Assembly (NCBI GenBank): GCA_031285625.1
Contig: JAITVV010000095.1
Coordinates: 259,282-323,281 of the forward strand
Reading direction: 5' to 3'
Source of the DNA: Prevotella sp.
GTDB taxonomy: Bacteria > Bacteroidota > Bacteroidia > Bacteroidales > Dysgonomonadaceae
Length of the DNA stretch: 64,000 nucleotides
Part shown: positions 10,615-20,104 of the stretch, piece after piece
Numbering within the stretch: the first letter of the stretch is position 1
Layout of the letters: every line of letters starts with the position of its first letter
Notes under the pieces: generated by a model
What the model was told of the DNA's origin: nothing
Databases searched by the model: none
Seen by the model: only the letters and a program-made list of their open reading frames with translations
Translations under genes and position numbers: made by a program

Positions 10615-11301
10615 ATGAAGACAAGTAACCTTTTCAGGCACTTATTTTACCTGCCGTTTGGTATAGTGCTGTTAAGTTGTAGCTCAACACAAAACATGCA
10701 ACCGGGCCGTTTGATAGAAGGCTATGTAACAGATGTTAATGGCTTTCCAGTACGGAATATATGTATTGAATCACCTCAGGTAATTCAACACATAGGACAC
10801 ACTGACTATAATGGAAAATATAGCCTGTGGGTGCAAGATAAGGATGAGGTACAACTCACCTTTCACAGCAGGTACAACAAGTTGCCGGACTATGACGGTG
10901 CCCTCGAGATCGACGATTATGAGGCACAGGAAATACTGGTAAGACGCAGCGATACGCTGGTGAATATAATGATAAAGAAAACTGCCGATCGCGAACGTTG
11001 GGATTGGCTGATAGATGATGAACTAAGCCGTGCCCGCTATATAGAAGGGCATGTAAATTGTGAAAGCGGGGAAGCGCTCAGACCATTGATATGGGTAGAG
11101 GGCTTGCCATTTGTACCAAGGGAAACGCCTTTTTTCACATACGGAGACGAAGAAGGGTATTACCGGATAGCCATTCCTAGCAGGGACGAAGTCAGAGTAG
11201 TTTTCAGACAGGCAGGTTATGCACATGAAAACCTGATACTGAAAGAGAACTTTTCAGATAAAATAGATATTCAATTGAAGGTAAAAGCATCAGATATTTA
11301 A
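10615..11301 (+). CDS. Lipoprotein with two carboxypeptidase-regulatory-like domains
   Basis: Lipobox LLSC; repeated IEG.V....G.P...TD..G.Y pattern. Confidence 0.7.
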   Translation: MKTSNLFRHLFYLPFGIVLLSCSSTQNMQPGRLIEGYVTDVNGFPVRNICIESPQVIQHIGHTDYNGKYSLWVQDKDEVQLTFHSRYNKLPDYDGALEIDDYEAQEILVRRSDTLVNIMIKKTADRERWDWLIDDELSRARYIEGHVNCESGEALRPLIWVEGLPFVPRETPFFTYGDEEGYYRIAIPSRDEVRVVFRQAGYAHENLILKENFSDKIDIQLKVKASDI

Positions 11302-11339
11302 CAAAGGATAAGATTAGCAGATAAGAGGGGGGAAAAGAA

Positions 11340-12053
11340 ATGACAAAATTATACTCAACATTAGCAGGCATATATCACGAGATGTATAAGCAGCTTTTTA
11401 ATTACGACGAAGAGCACCGTTTTTATGATTCGATATTGAAAAAGTATAACCATCACTCTATTTTGGAAATAGGTTGTGGTTCGGGAATGCTTGCCCGCCG
11501 TTTTTTGGCAGGTGGATATGACTATACTGGCTTGGATTTGTCCAGCGAGATGTTAGACATAGCCCGCTCGGAAGTAGAGACAGGAAAATTTGTTCAGGGG
11601 GATATGAGAAACATTTCACTCGATCAGCAATTTGATTCGGTATTGATCACAGGACGATCCATAGCATACAATATTGAAAATGAAGAAGTCGCAGATACAT
11701 TTGCAGGAATCCACAAAGTATTGAATGATCATGGATTACTTATTTTCGATTTCTTTGATGCAGACGGCGTAATGCATAACCTGAATAATTTTGAACATGA
11801 AATTCAGATTGGTAGCAAGCGGATATGCCGGACGAGCCAGTTGAAGAAAAATTTAAAAACCGGATGGACCTGGGATTGGATAGCTCAATATACAATAGAA
11901 GAAAACGGAAAAAAAGAGGAGCACGAGGACTTTGCTACTTTACGCGCGTTTACAAAAGATGAGCTCCGGTTGTTTCTAAAGTTAGCAGGTTTCAAAGTAA
12001 AAAGAATACTGGATGACAGAGAGGTGATTCGTTTGATCGCCGAAAAAGCGTAA
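11340..12053 (+). CDS. Class I SAM-dependent methyltransferase
   Basis: ILEIGCGSG, GLDLSSEML, QGDMR motifs. Confidence 0.9.
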   Translation: MTKLYSTLAGIYHEMYKQLFNYDEEHRFYDSILKKYNHHSILEIGCGSGMLARRFLAGGYDYTGLDLSSEMLDIARSEVETGKFVQGDMRNISLDQQFDSVLITGRSIAYNIENEEVADTFAGIHKVLNDHGLLIFDFFDADGVMHNLNNFEHEIQIGSKRICRTSQLKKNLKTGWTWDWIAQYTIEENGKKEEHEDFATLRAFTKDELRLFLKLAGFKVKRILDDREVIRLIAEKA

Positions 12054-12411
12054 TTTACCTCATCCGATATACTCAAAAATGCTTTGTTATGACACAAAGC
12101 AGCCAGAAACAAAGTGCTGGTATTTTGTTTCCGGCAACTGATAATAAACCAATATTAGTTAAAAAACAAACCTATTTTTCTATCACAAGAGAAAAAATAG
12201 TAACCCCATTGTGAATATATGTAAACTTTATACTATGTTTGTGCGTTTAATGTTAAATGGGGGTAATAATAATTAATCAATTAACGTTGAGAATATAAAA
12301 AAATAGACTTTACAGATTGCCTGAACTATCCAGAAATAAAATATAACAACTTGTTAATAAGGATACTATTATAAATTAATTTATTTTGTATACTAATTTT
12401 TTTTAAAGTAA

Positions 12412-12909
12412 ATGAATATGAAAAAAGTTTTATTAGGTATTGTTTTAGCAGTAGCCTTTTCTTTAGGTGTACAAGCTCAAACAGGTGAAAAATCTGCTGT
12501 TTTTCAAGCTGGTTATCAATCAGATCCAGGTCGTTTAATGATTGGCGTGGAAGGGCGTTATAATATCACTAATAATATTCGTATCGCTCCGGATGTATTG
12601 TTTTTATTTCCTAAGAATAAAGTCACCGGACTTGATATAGATATCAATGCACATTATGTATTTCCGTTGGAGAGTAATGTTAGTGTATTCCCATTAGCTG
12701 GTCTGGCTATGTTAAACGGCCGTTATTCTGGCGAAACAATTGCCGGACAAAAATTTGATAGTAAAGGGTTTACAAACTGGGGATTCAACCTCGGGGGAGG
12801 GGTAGAATATAACCTGAGTAGCAATACATTCCTAAACCTTGAAATGAAGTATACATTTAGCGATGCGGACTGTTTCACGGTAGGATTCGGTTACGGAATC
12901 AAATTTTAA
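12412..12909 (+). CDS. Outer membrane beta-barrel protein (paralog 1)
   Basis: Signal peptide, alternating beta strands, C-terminal GYGIKF. Confidence 0.85.
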   Translation: MNMKKVLLGIVLAVAFSLGVQAQTGEKSAVFQAGYQSDPGRLMIGVEGRYNITNNIRIAPDVLFLFPKNKVTGLDIDINAHYVFPLESNVSVFPLAGLAMLNGRYSGETIAGQKFDSKGFTNWGFNLGGGVEYNLSSNTFLNLEMKYTFSDADCFTVGFGYGIKF

Positions 12910-12991
12910 AGATTCTACATACTATACTGAAAAATGGCTCAAGATTGGGCCATTTTTCGTATTTTAGCGGCTCAATGAAATTATAAAGGAT

Positions 12992-13468
12992 ATGAAAAAG
13001 ATATTATCAAGTATTATTTTATTAGTAGCATTCTCGCTGGGGATGCACGCTCAGACAGGAACAAAGGCTTTGATGCCAAAACTGGGTTATCAAACAGAAT
13101 TCAAAAGATTTGCACTGGGAGTTGAAGGCCGCTATTTTGTGACAGAAAATGTCCGTATAGCACCGGGAGTAACATTTTTATTTCCGAAGAACAGCATGAC
13201 AGGCTTTGACGCAGATATTAATGTGCATTATGTGTTCCCTATACAAGAGGGTTTGTCTGTGTATCCGTTTCTGGGAGGAGCCATGTTGAATAACCATTGG
13301 TCTCTCGACGGGGGTTCAAGAAACACAACAGACTTTGGGATGAATGTGGGTGCGGGAGCACAATATGATGTAATGGAGAACGGTTATGTAAACATTGAGT
13401 TTAAGTATACCTTTGTTGACGGACCAGACCCCGCATACTTTATGCTTGGATACGGAATCAGATTCTAA
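12992..13468 (+). CDS. Outer membrane beta-barrel protein (paralog 2)
   Basis: Collinear with the upstream paralog; C-terminal GYGIRF. Confidence 0.85.
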   Translation: MKKILSSIILLVAFSLGMHAQTGTKALMPKLGYQTEFKRFALGVEGRYFVTENVRIAPGVTFLFPKNSMTGFDADINVHYVFPIQEGLSVYPFLGGAMLNNHWSLDGGSRNTTDFGMNVGAGAQYDVMENGYVNIEFKYTFVDGPDPAYFMLGYGIRF

Positions 13469-13718
13469 AGAATTTCAACATAGTTAATAAAAAATGGCTC
13501 AATTTTAGTTGGGCCATTTTTATTTTTACACCTTGTCACAAGATTTTACAAAGAAAAATAACAATATAATAAGCTGATTAATAAATATTTACATTTTTAA
13601 TCCAAAAATAATTATAAAAAGTTGTAACTATTTCAGGCTACATGACGTCATATTAATAGAAGCGCCTCTTAAAACAAAAAGAATAAAAAATAAAGAAAAC
13701 AATTAAAAGAACACAGTC

Positions 13719-14126
13719 ATGAAAGCAAGAATATTATCATTAGTAGCAGTCGTTTTATTATCAGTTGCAGGCGCATATGCATCAAGTCCAAAAACTAAAG
13801 TTTACAGCAACATTGATAACCAAACAAAAGAATATACATTCGTTGATAGCGAAACAAACAAAGCTGTAAAGAAAGTGATTTATAATTATGATACTAACGG
13901 AATCCTACAGGAAAGAGCTTATTACAATTGGGATGAAGTTCAGGGTTGGGTAAATACACAAAAATACAGCTATGAATATAGCAATGACAAACTGGATACA
14001 GTTGTTTATACTGAATGGAATAAAGATATGACCGCAACACAGCATATAATATATACTTACAATACAGATGGAGAATTCCTGTCAGCTAAACAAGTAAAAG
14101 CAGATAATCTGATGGCAGCAAAATAA
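13719..14126 (+). CDS. DUF3836-like secreted protein
   Basis: Signal peptide; Y.YD..G...E...Y.W.....W pattern. Confidence 0.65.
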   Translation: MKARILSLVAVVLLSVAGAYASSPKTKVYSNIDNQTKEYTFVDSETNKAVKKVIYNYDTNGILQERAYYNWDEVQGWVNTQKYSYEYSNDKLDTVVYTEWNKDMTATQHIIYTYNTDGEFLSAKQVKADNLMAAK

Positions 14127-14162
14127 ACGCCTGATTAATATATTTAAGTCCGTGAATTCAAA

Positions 14163-14197
14163 AAAAATAGAGCTATCGTAAAGGTAGCTCTATTTTT
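14163..14197. terminator. Bidirectional intrinsic terminator
   Basis: AAAAATAGAGCTA...TAGCTCTATTTTT between convergent genes. Confidence 0.8.
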
Positions 14198-14217
14198 ATA
14201 TCCTATTTTGTAATAGC

Positions 14218-15027
14218 TTACTCTCCTTCAAATATCTCCAGTGCAAAATTCTCTCCATCGAAAACGCCATACGAAAAGAATTTTATCCAATCTCCCAGGA
14301 TAACAGTTCTGCACGTTGTGGAGATCATCAGATCCAGCATTATATGACGATGCCCGAATATAAAGAAGTTAATATTAGGGGCTATCTTTAAATGATTCTT
14401 TGCATATAATACCAGATGTTCTTTATCTTCACCGAAATAATCAGGCATTTCATCATTCTCACGATTGTGGTTCGACCACCATTGGGCAAAACCCATCGTC
14501 CATCGCGGGTGAATGGCTGCGTAGGCAATCCGGCATATCTTACTGTGGAAGATGGCACGCAATATCTTAAACGACCGGGAGTCATCTCCTAAGCCATCAC
14601 CATGTGCCAGAAAGAATTTCTTACCATAGATTTCTTTTACCAAAGGCTGGGTGTGCACCACCATACCACATTCCTTCTGCAGGTAGTCGGTAACCCAGAT
14701 ATCATGATTGCCAATGAAGAAGTGTATTTCTATTCCCATATCTGTGAGCTCCGCCACCTTTCCCAGAAAACGGACAAATCCACGGGGAACAACATTCCTG
14801 TATTCGAACCAATAGTCGAAAATATCCCCTAACAGATAGATCGTTTGCGCATCCTCCTTCACCATATCCAACCACCGGCAGAGTTTACGCTCTACTTCGT
14901 GCAAAGGAAAATAACTGTCATTGATCTTCACCGATGGCAATGTCATCAGTTGCTGCTTAGTCACATTCTTTTTGTGATAGGCAGACCCCAGATGTACATC
15001 GGATAAAAAATATACCTTCTTCCCCAC
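14218..15027 (-). CDS. lpxH: UDP-2,3-diacylglucosamine diphosphatase
   Basis: Metallophosphoesterase motifs SDVHLG, LGDIFDYWFE, GNHD, HGD, FGHRH, LGDW. Confidence 0.85.
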   Translation of the reverse strand: MGKKVYFLSDVHLGSAYHKKNVTKQQLMTLPSVKINDSYFPLHEVERKLCRWLDMVKEDAQTIYLLGDIFDYWFEYRNVVPRGFVRFLGKVAELTDMGIEIHFFIGNHDIWVTDYLQKECGMVVHTQPLVKEIYGKKFFLAHGDGLGDDSRSFKILRAIFHSKICRIAYAAIHPRWTMGFAQWWSNHNRENDEMPDYFGEDKEHLVLYAKNHLKIAPNINFFIFGHRHIMLDLMISTTCRTVILGDWIKFFSYGVFDGENFALEIFEGE

Positions 15028-15038
15028 TCTTCCGTAAT

Positions 15039-15353
15039 TTATAGAAAACCCAGTTCCAGTTTAGCCTCTTCGCTCAGCATATCCTTAGTCCATTGCGGCT
15101 CAAATGTAAGGTCCACAATTACGTTATTTACACCCGGCACCGATTCTACTTTATATCTCACATCTTCGAGTATAAAGTCGGCAGCCGGACAGTTGGGTGC
15201 TGTCAGGGTCATGGTTATAGTTACATTCTTGTCGTCATCTACCAAAACTTCATAGATAAGTCCGAGATCGTAAATATTGACTGGTATTTCGGGGTCGTAA
15301 ACTGTTTTCAACATGTTTACTATTTTTCCTTCTAATGCTAATAGATCGCTCAT
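15039..15353 (-). CDS. SUF system Fe-S assembly protein (DUF59/SufT-like)
   Basis: VYDPEIPVNIYDLGLIY, MTLTAPNCP motifs. Confidence 0.9.
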   Translation of the reverse strand: MSDLLALEGKIVNMLKTVYDPEIPVNIYDLGLIYEVLVDDDKNVTITMTLTAPNCPAADFILEDVRYKVESVPGVNNVIVDLTFEPQWTKDMLSEEAKLELGFL

Positions 15354-15622
15354 ATCAAATTTTTTTTGTCTGTTATAAACAATTTTACATACCTTATAGT
15401 TTATAACTGTTCAGTTACATTAGTCGTTTTGCGAGACTCGGCATAATTCAAAACAAGTTTTGATTCTGCCCTCACTACTTAAAACGTTCTATATATACAG
15501 AGATGCAAAAGTAATGAAAAAAGATGACTATTTGAATAATCCCGCTATACCTGCTAAGATATGTATTTATACTTTATCTCGGGAGGGCTAATCTATTTTT
15601 TTCAGTAAATGATCAAAAGACT

Positions 15623-16063
15623 TTACTTGGGTATCAGATGAAACATTTTTGTCTTACTGTTGTAAGTAATATCATAAACCTGCAGGCGGAAACTTCCGGC
15701 TTCGGTATTTAATGGCGCACCATCCGTAAGGCTATACATAGCATGGCACTGAGGACAAAAATATCCATCAGAATTTGGAATCAACCGTATGTAATCGCCC
15801 GCCATATGCGGATATTTTTCGTTAGGACACACTGCATTGCAGGCATGTGATATGGTTTTGTCCATATCTGTATAAGGTACATAAATGGCATAACGGATCT
15901 GTTCTGTAGCGGGATCGGTAGAGATAAAATATTTACCCAACTCTACTCCTTCTATCTCTTTGAGCTCATCTGCCAAAAAGCTGATTGTAAATATATCATC
16001 ATCGTCGCTGCTGCAACCGGAAAGTAGCATAATAGCAAAAAGGAAAAACAGAACTTTTCTCAT
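15623..16063 (-). CDS. Lipoprotein with Rieske-like Cys/His motifs
   Basis: Lipobox LSGC; CP....H and CPQCH; G.P...L..Y C-terminus. Confidence 0.6.
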   Translation of the reverse strand: MRKVLFFLFAIMLLSGCSSDDDDIFTISFLADELKEIEGVELGKYFISTDPATEQIRYAIYVPYTDMDKTISHACNAVCPNEKYPHMAGDYIRLIPNSDGYFCPQCHAMYSLTDGAPLNTEAGSFRLQVYDITYNSKTKMFHLIPK

Positions 16064-16162
16064 AATGGTTATAATTTAGTGTGCCAAAGGTAGAAAAAAG
16101 AATTAAAGAAAGCCTCCTTTTGAGGGGAGGCTTTTGGTTGAGGGTAATATTTGGTTAGGTTG

Positions 16163-17407
16163 TTAATCCAAACCAATGCCTTCGCCAGGTATACCTGTAC
16201 CCGAAGTCGGATTGTTTCTGCCTGTGTATGTAATAGAGTTTGTAGTACCACATACATTGCTTGTAGTACAGGTGATATTGAAAACACCTTCTTTTTTACC
16301 TGTATATCCTGTCATAATCTTGCCATATTGGTTTATTGGTTTTGCATCACCTGTTACTTTCCATACTGTGTTAGATGTATTAGCGCCATCTATTTTAGCG
16401 GAGAAAATATAAGAGGAGTTTTGCTCATACCAGCCACTACTTGATGGTGGGAGAATCTGAACTGACGGCTTACCTACCCAAACAGATGAATTTTCCACAG
16501 TGTAACTTTTACCATCATAAGTAACTATTGCTTTAATTTTTCCATATCCGTTACCTGATGCTTTAAATGTAGCTGTTGCTGTACCTTGCCCGGAGGCTAA
16601 AGTCATATTGGAAATAGGTTGCCAGTTGATGTTTGAGGCAGAAGGCTCTAATTTATATGAACCATTCTGGTTTGCACAAAGAATAGTGGCAGTTGTCGAA
16701 ACAGTATGTTTAGGATGTATTTTTACTATTTTTTGACCCTCATAATAGTAATCTTTATTAAGATAGCCATTAGATTTGTATGCTGTAGCTTTTATTATAT
16801 AACTTGTATATATATTCTGTTTTGCTCTTATCGTTACAATTTGGTTATGAATGGGGATGTAATGCTTGGGATCACTCGTGTTCTTAATAGATATTATATC
16901 AAATAAATTCTTATCTATCTCGACATTTGGAGCTGCATATCCTGATACAGAAGCAATACATTCAACAGTCTCTCCAAATAGTATATAGTCAGGACACATA
17001 ATAGTAACTTTTCCATATATCGATTCTGGTTTTTCCGTTTGACTTGCTGTAATCTTTACCTTGTATGTTTTCATATTTGCAGGTAAATCCCCTTGCTTAT
17101 AAGCCACAATCTTTGCATCATTAGTAGCTGTATTACCCCAAGTTACAAAGAAATCATGCTTAAGACTACCTTTTTTCACCTGTTCAACTCTAGCAGTATC
17201 TTTACTGTTGTTAAAAGTTCCATATTTTCCAGTTCTAATAATAAAATTTGTTTCTTGTGCTAACCCAGAACTGAAGTTTAGTGAATACATCCATGTTTCT
17301 CCAGTAACAACATTTTGATTTCCCATAATATCTCTGATTTGCCCCCATGCAAATCCAATAGAAATTGATGTTAATAATAATACCATTAAAATTTTCTTCA
17401 TAAGCAT
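16163..17407 (-). CDS. Secreted protein with Ig/PKD-like domains
   Basis: Signal peptide; SGQGTATATF...VWVGKP beta-sandwich pattern; low GC. Confidence 0.65.
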   Translation of the reverse strand: MLMKKILMVLLLTSISIGFAWGQIRDIMGNQNVVTGETWMYSLNFSSGLAQETNFIIRTGKYGTFNNSKDTARVEQVKKGSLKHDFFVTWGNTATNDAKIVAYKQGDLPANMKTYKVKITASQTEKPESIYGKVTIMCPDYILFGETVECIASVSGYAAPNVEIDKNLFDIISIKNTSDPKHYIPIHNQIVTIRAKQNIYTSYIIKATAYKSNGYLNKDYYYEGQKIVKIHPKHTVSTTATILCANQNGSYKLEPSASNINWQPISNMTLASGQGTATATFKASGNGYGKIKAIVTYDGKSYTVENSSVWVGKPSVQILPPSSSGWYEQNSSYIFSAKIDGANTSNTVWKVTGDAKPINQYGKIMTGYTGKKEGVFNITCTTSNVCGTTNSITYTGRNNPTSGTGIPGEGIGLD

Positions 17408-17511
17408 AATCTTTTTAAATTAATAATTAAATATTCACCGTCCCATATCCGGATTAGGGACTTATACTATAAGACAATTTTGTTAAAGAATCTTTACTGA
17501 TTTTGTGGTCA

Positions 17512-18117
17512 TCAGACTAATTCTTCCCTACGTTTCTTAAACTCTTTGTTGGCGCGTACACCTTTCTTTATCTTGGAGATAGCACGTTGGATATTATGTT
17601 CCCTTATTCCGGTAATGTCGGCCAGAGATGCATAGTTTATAGCAGGTTTCAGGTTGATATACATCTTGAAGAGCTCGAAGTCGCGAATACTGTAATTCTT
17701 GTACACATAATCGAAGATATCCTTCTCCAACTTTTGCTGTTTGTCTTGCAGCTCGGCAAAATACTGGGTATCGGTATCTGCTTTATCATAGTGGGGTAGC
17801 AGCTCGCAGTAACGGTTTTGCTTAATACCGTTTGCCATCAGGTTAGTAAAATAGGAACGTACAAAATAATACCTGTAATTCTCCACATTGGTTCCCGTAT
17901 AAAGGATATTTTCGTACATTTTGAGATAACTCTCGCTGAAAACATCGCAATCGAAATAATTGCGCACTGTCAGATACTGTATCACTTCCTTGTTGTTTTC
18001 TACAAACCAAACGTTAAATGCTTCCGCCTTTTCGGCATAAACAACGTCCTGTACTCCCTCTTTTTTCTTAAAGTATTTCTTACCCTTGTTACTTCTGTTA
18101 GTATTGAATAGCAGCAT
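17512..18117 (-). CDS. Phage-type sigma-70/ECF-like transcription factor
   Basis: Region-2-like DVFSESYLKMYE..YFVRSYFTNL; region-4 HTH YASLADITGIREHNIQRAISKIKK; last gene of the replication operon. Confidence 0.65.
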   Translation of the reverse strand: MLLFNTNRSNKGKKYFKKKEGVQDVVYAEKAEAFNVWFVENNKEVIQYLTVRNYFDCDVFSESYLKMYENILYTGTNVENYRYYFVRSYFTNLMANGIKQNRYCELLPHYDKADTDTQYFAELQDKQQKLEKDIFDYVYKNYSIRDFELFKMYINLKPAINYASLADITGIREHNIQRAISKIKKGVRANKEFKKRREELV

Positions 18118-18274
18118 GATCTAAGTTTTTATATTCTACACATTCCGGACAATAATCACATTCATTTACACATATATAGCCGACATTGAACAATGTCTGG
18201 GGATCCTGTACAGTCACTTCTGCCGAACAATTGTCGCAGACGACTTTTATGTACTCCTGGTCTTTAATTTTCAT
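18098..18274 (-). CDS. Small Zn-finger-like protein (58 aa, absent from the ORF track)
   Basis: Translated by hand: MKIKDQEYIKVVCDNCSAEVTVQDPQTLFNVGYICVNECDYCPECVEYKNLDHAAIQY; overlaps the start of the sigma-like gene. Confidence 0.6.
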   Translation of the reverse strand: MKIKDQEYIKVVCDNCSAEVTVQDPQTLFNVGYICVNECDYCPECVEYKNLDHAAIQY

Positions 18275-18382
18275 TGGTTATACTTTTAGATTAGTTAGTT
18301 AATCCATTCTTTCAGAGACAATAAGGGCTCCCGGCTATGTTTACAGCCGCTCTTATTTTTCATTTTTAATTATTAATTCTTA

Positions 18383-18970
18383 TTACTTTCTCAGGCTTTG
18401 CCCTCTGAATTTGATACGTCTTGTAGTAGATACTATACGTTCCATTACCCGCTGCCCGTATCGTCCGGCTATCTCATCTCCCCGCAGGTTGGTAGAAATA
18501 ATGATGAGTTTTCCGTACTTCTCGGCTGCGTCCATTACTTCGGCAAAGGCTTGCCGCTTGTTGCCATAATTGACAGAAATATCTTCCGTGCCAATATCAT
18601 CGAGGCTGATCACGTGTTTTTTAAGTACATCGTCTATGTATTTATTCATCTCCTGCACATCGTACACCGACACCACTTTGCGCGTATATTTCAGTATGAT
18701 GGCAGGCAATATATAACGGGTGAGCAGGCTTTTGCCACGTCCGCAGTCACCATACAGAAACAGCCCCCGCCCCTCGTTGTCGGCCAGCCATTCGGCCACC
18801 TGATTGTATTCGGGCTGCCACAGCAAATCGACCCCCTCATAGGCAAGAAAATATTTGAAACAACTTTCGAGTACAGCCATCGGATTTTGCAGCTGTATGG
18901 CTACGCGCCGTGTTGGCAATTGCATACCATGCACACGCATCTGTTCGTATATTTGTTCAAAATCGTTCAT
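18383..18970 (-). CDS. DnaC/IstB-like AAA+ helicase loader (phage replication)
   Basis: Walker A GDCGRGKS, Walker B LDDIG, IISTNL, RYGQRVMER; coupled to the initiator. Confidence 0.85.
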   Translation of the reverse strand: MNDFEQIYEQMRVHGMQLPTRRVAIQLQNPMAVLESCFKYFLAYEGVDLLWQPEYNQVAEWLADNEGRGLFLYGDCGRGKSLLTRYILPAIILKYTRKVVSVYDVQEMNKYIDDVLKKHVISLDDIGTEDISVNYGNKRQAFAEVMDAAEKYGKLIIISTNLRGDEIAGRYGQRVMERIVSTTRRIKFRGQSLRK

Positions 18971-19508
18971 CTGTCGTTGGTTTTATATGTACTTGCGTAT
19001 CCCTGTTCTCCCATGTGCGGACTGCTGCCCGCCAGTCTTTCATCTTGTTTTTCCCTATCATCCAGTCTTTTGCTGTATAGAAGTTTATAAACTGATGCGG
19101 ATCAACTCCATTATTCCTTTTCCGGCAATAGCTTTCCACTTCCTGAGGCTGAGGAGGCAAGAAGATTATTTTCTCTTTACGGCTCGTTTTTTTAGTTTTG
19201 CTTTCGCTCTCTGTTATACTTACCTTATCACAGAATAAAAGTGTGTATACCGGCGATTTCTTTTTACGCTGCCCTGCCTCAAAAGAGATTAAATTTTTTT
19301 GCTGCAACTTGCTTCTTGCCTCTATCAGTGTTTTTTCTGAAATACTGATAGAAGAAGTGATCAGTCCGTTAGAACATTCGAAAGGATTTTCCCAGTTGCG
19401 GATATTCGACTCCTGCATCAAAAAGTAGTACAAGTCCGCCTCACTGGACGTAAACCTCATCCTGCGCCGTGCTTGCCAAAACTGATTTATAAGCTCTATG
19501 TAATTCAT
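18957..19508 (-). CDS. Phage replication initiator / replisome organiser
   Basis: N-terminal winged-helix-like MNYIELINQFW..EADLYYFL; C-terminal PP...EV..YC...FINFY...W..GKNKMKDWRAAVRTWE; short linker. Confidence 0.8.
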   Translation of the reverse strand: MNYIELINQFWQARRRMRFTSSEADLYYFLMQESNIRNWENPFECSNGLITSSISISEKTLIEARSKLQQKNLISFEAGQRKKKSPVYTLLFCDKVSITESESKTKKTSRKEKIIFLPPQPQEVESYCRKRNNGVDPHQFINFYTAKDWMIGKNKMKDWRAAVRTWENRDTQVHIKPTTDERF

Positions 19509-19843
19509 ATATATGTGAATCTGTCTTCCAGTATATCATAAGCCTGTTCGCCCGCCTCTTTTCCGTTACGGTTGTATTCTTCTATAATCGGCTTCAGGCG
19601 CGAGGTCAACACGGCAGTATCTTCATACAGCAAGTCCCATTCATCATCCAGTACTTCAGACGCTTTCACGTTTACGGTATCCATATAGGCATCGAATGAT
19701 ACACAAACTCGTATATCGCCTATAACATCGTCAAAATCTGTCACATCCATCTCATCAGAATTGTATAAATGACTCGTAATGGATTTTATTATGCTACTCA
19801 TTTGTGTTTCATTGCAATAGCAATCAATTTTTAACGCTCCCAT
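19505..19843 (-). CDS. Hypothetical acidic protein, first gene of the replication operon
   Basis: 112 aa; overlaps the initiator start; divergent from the repressor; no HTH. Confidence 0.65.
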   Translation of the reverse strand: MGALKIDCYCNETQMSSIIKSITSHLYNSDEMDVTDFDDVIGDIRVCVSFDAYMDTVNVKASEVLDDEWDLLYEDTAVLTSRLKPIIEEYNRNGKEAGEQAYDILEDRFTYI

Positions 19844-19917
19844 TTTTCTGCCATTTTAGTTGCGAGTTTCTATTTATTTTCTTTTATTTGATTGGTAATT
19901 ACCTTTACAATACAAAT

Positions 19918-20103
19918 ATACACAATTATGTGAATACAACATACACATATCAGTGAATATTTATGTTAATAAATGTTAGTTTGTTGTATTTGAATAAGTA
20001 AGCGTTTATCTTTGGTAATTCATTATGTGTAAAAGAAGTAAATAAAAATATAAGGATATAATCCTTTTTTGAAAAGCAAAGTAGAATACACAAAAGAGTG
20101 AAT
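19918..20103. promoter_or_regulatory. Three operator-like 18-bp boxes ATACAC-N6-GTGAAT
   Basis: ATACACaattatGTGAAT 19918-19935, ATACACatatcaGTGAAT 19941-19958, ATACACaaaagaGTGAAT 20086-20103, in the divergent repressor/replication intergenic region. Confidence 0.75.
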
Positions 20104-20104
20104 C

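Noticed and set aside
14930-14990. Apparent extra N-terminal segment in LpxH
   Set aside because: Based on recall of homologues only; catalytic motifs are intact; likely a lineage-specific loop.
18398-19090. 230-aa plus-strand ORF
   Set aside because: Antisense shadow of the DnaC-like and initiator genes, which have clear motifs.
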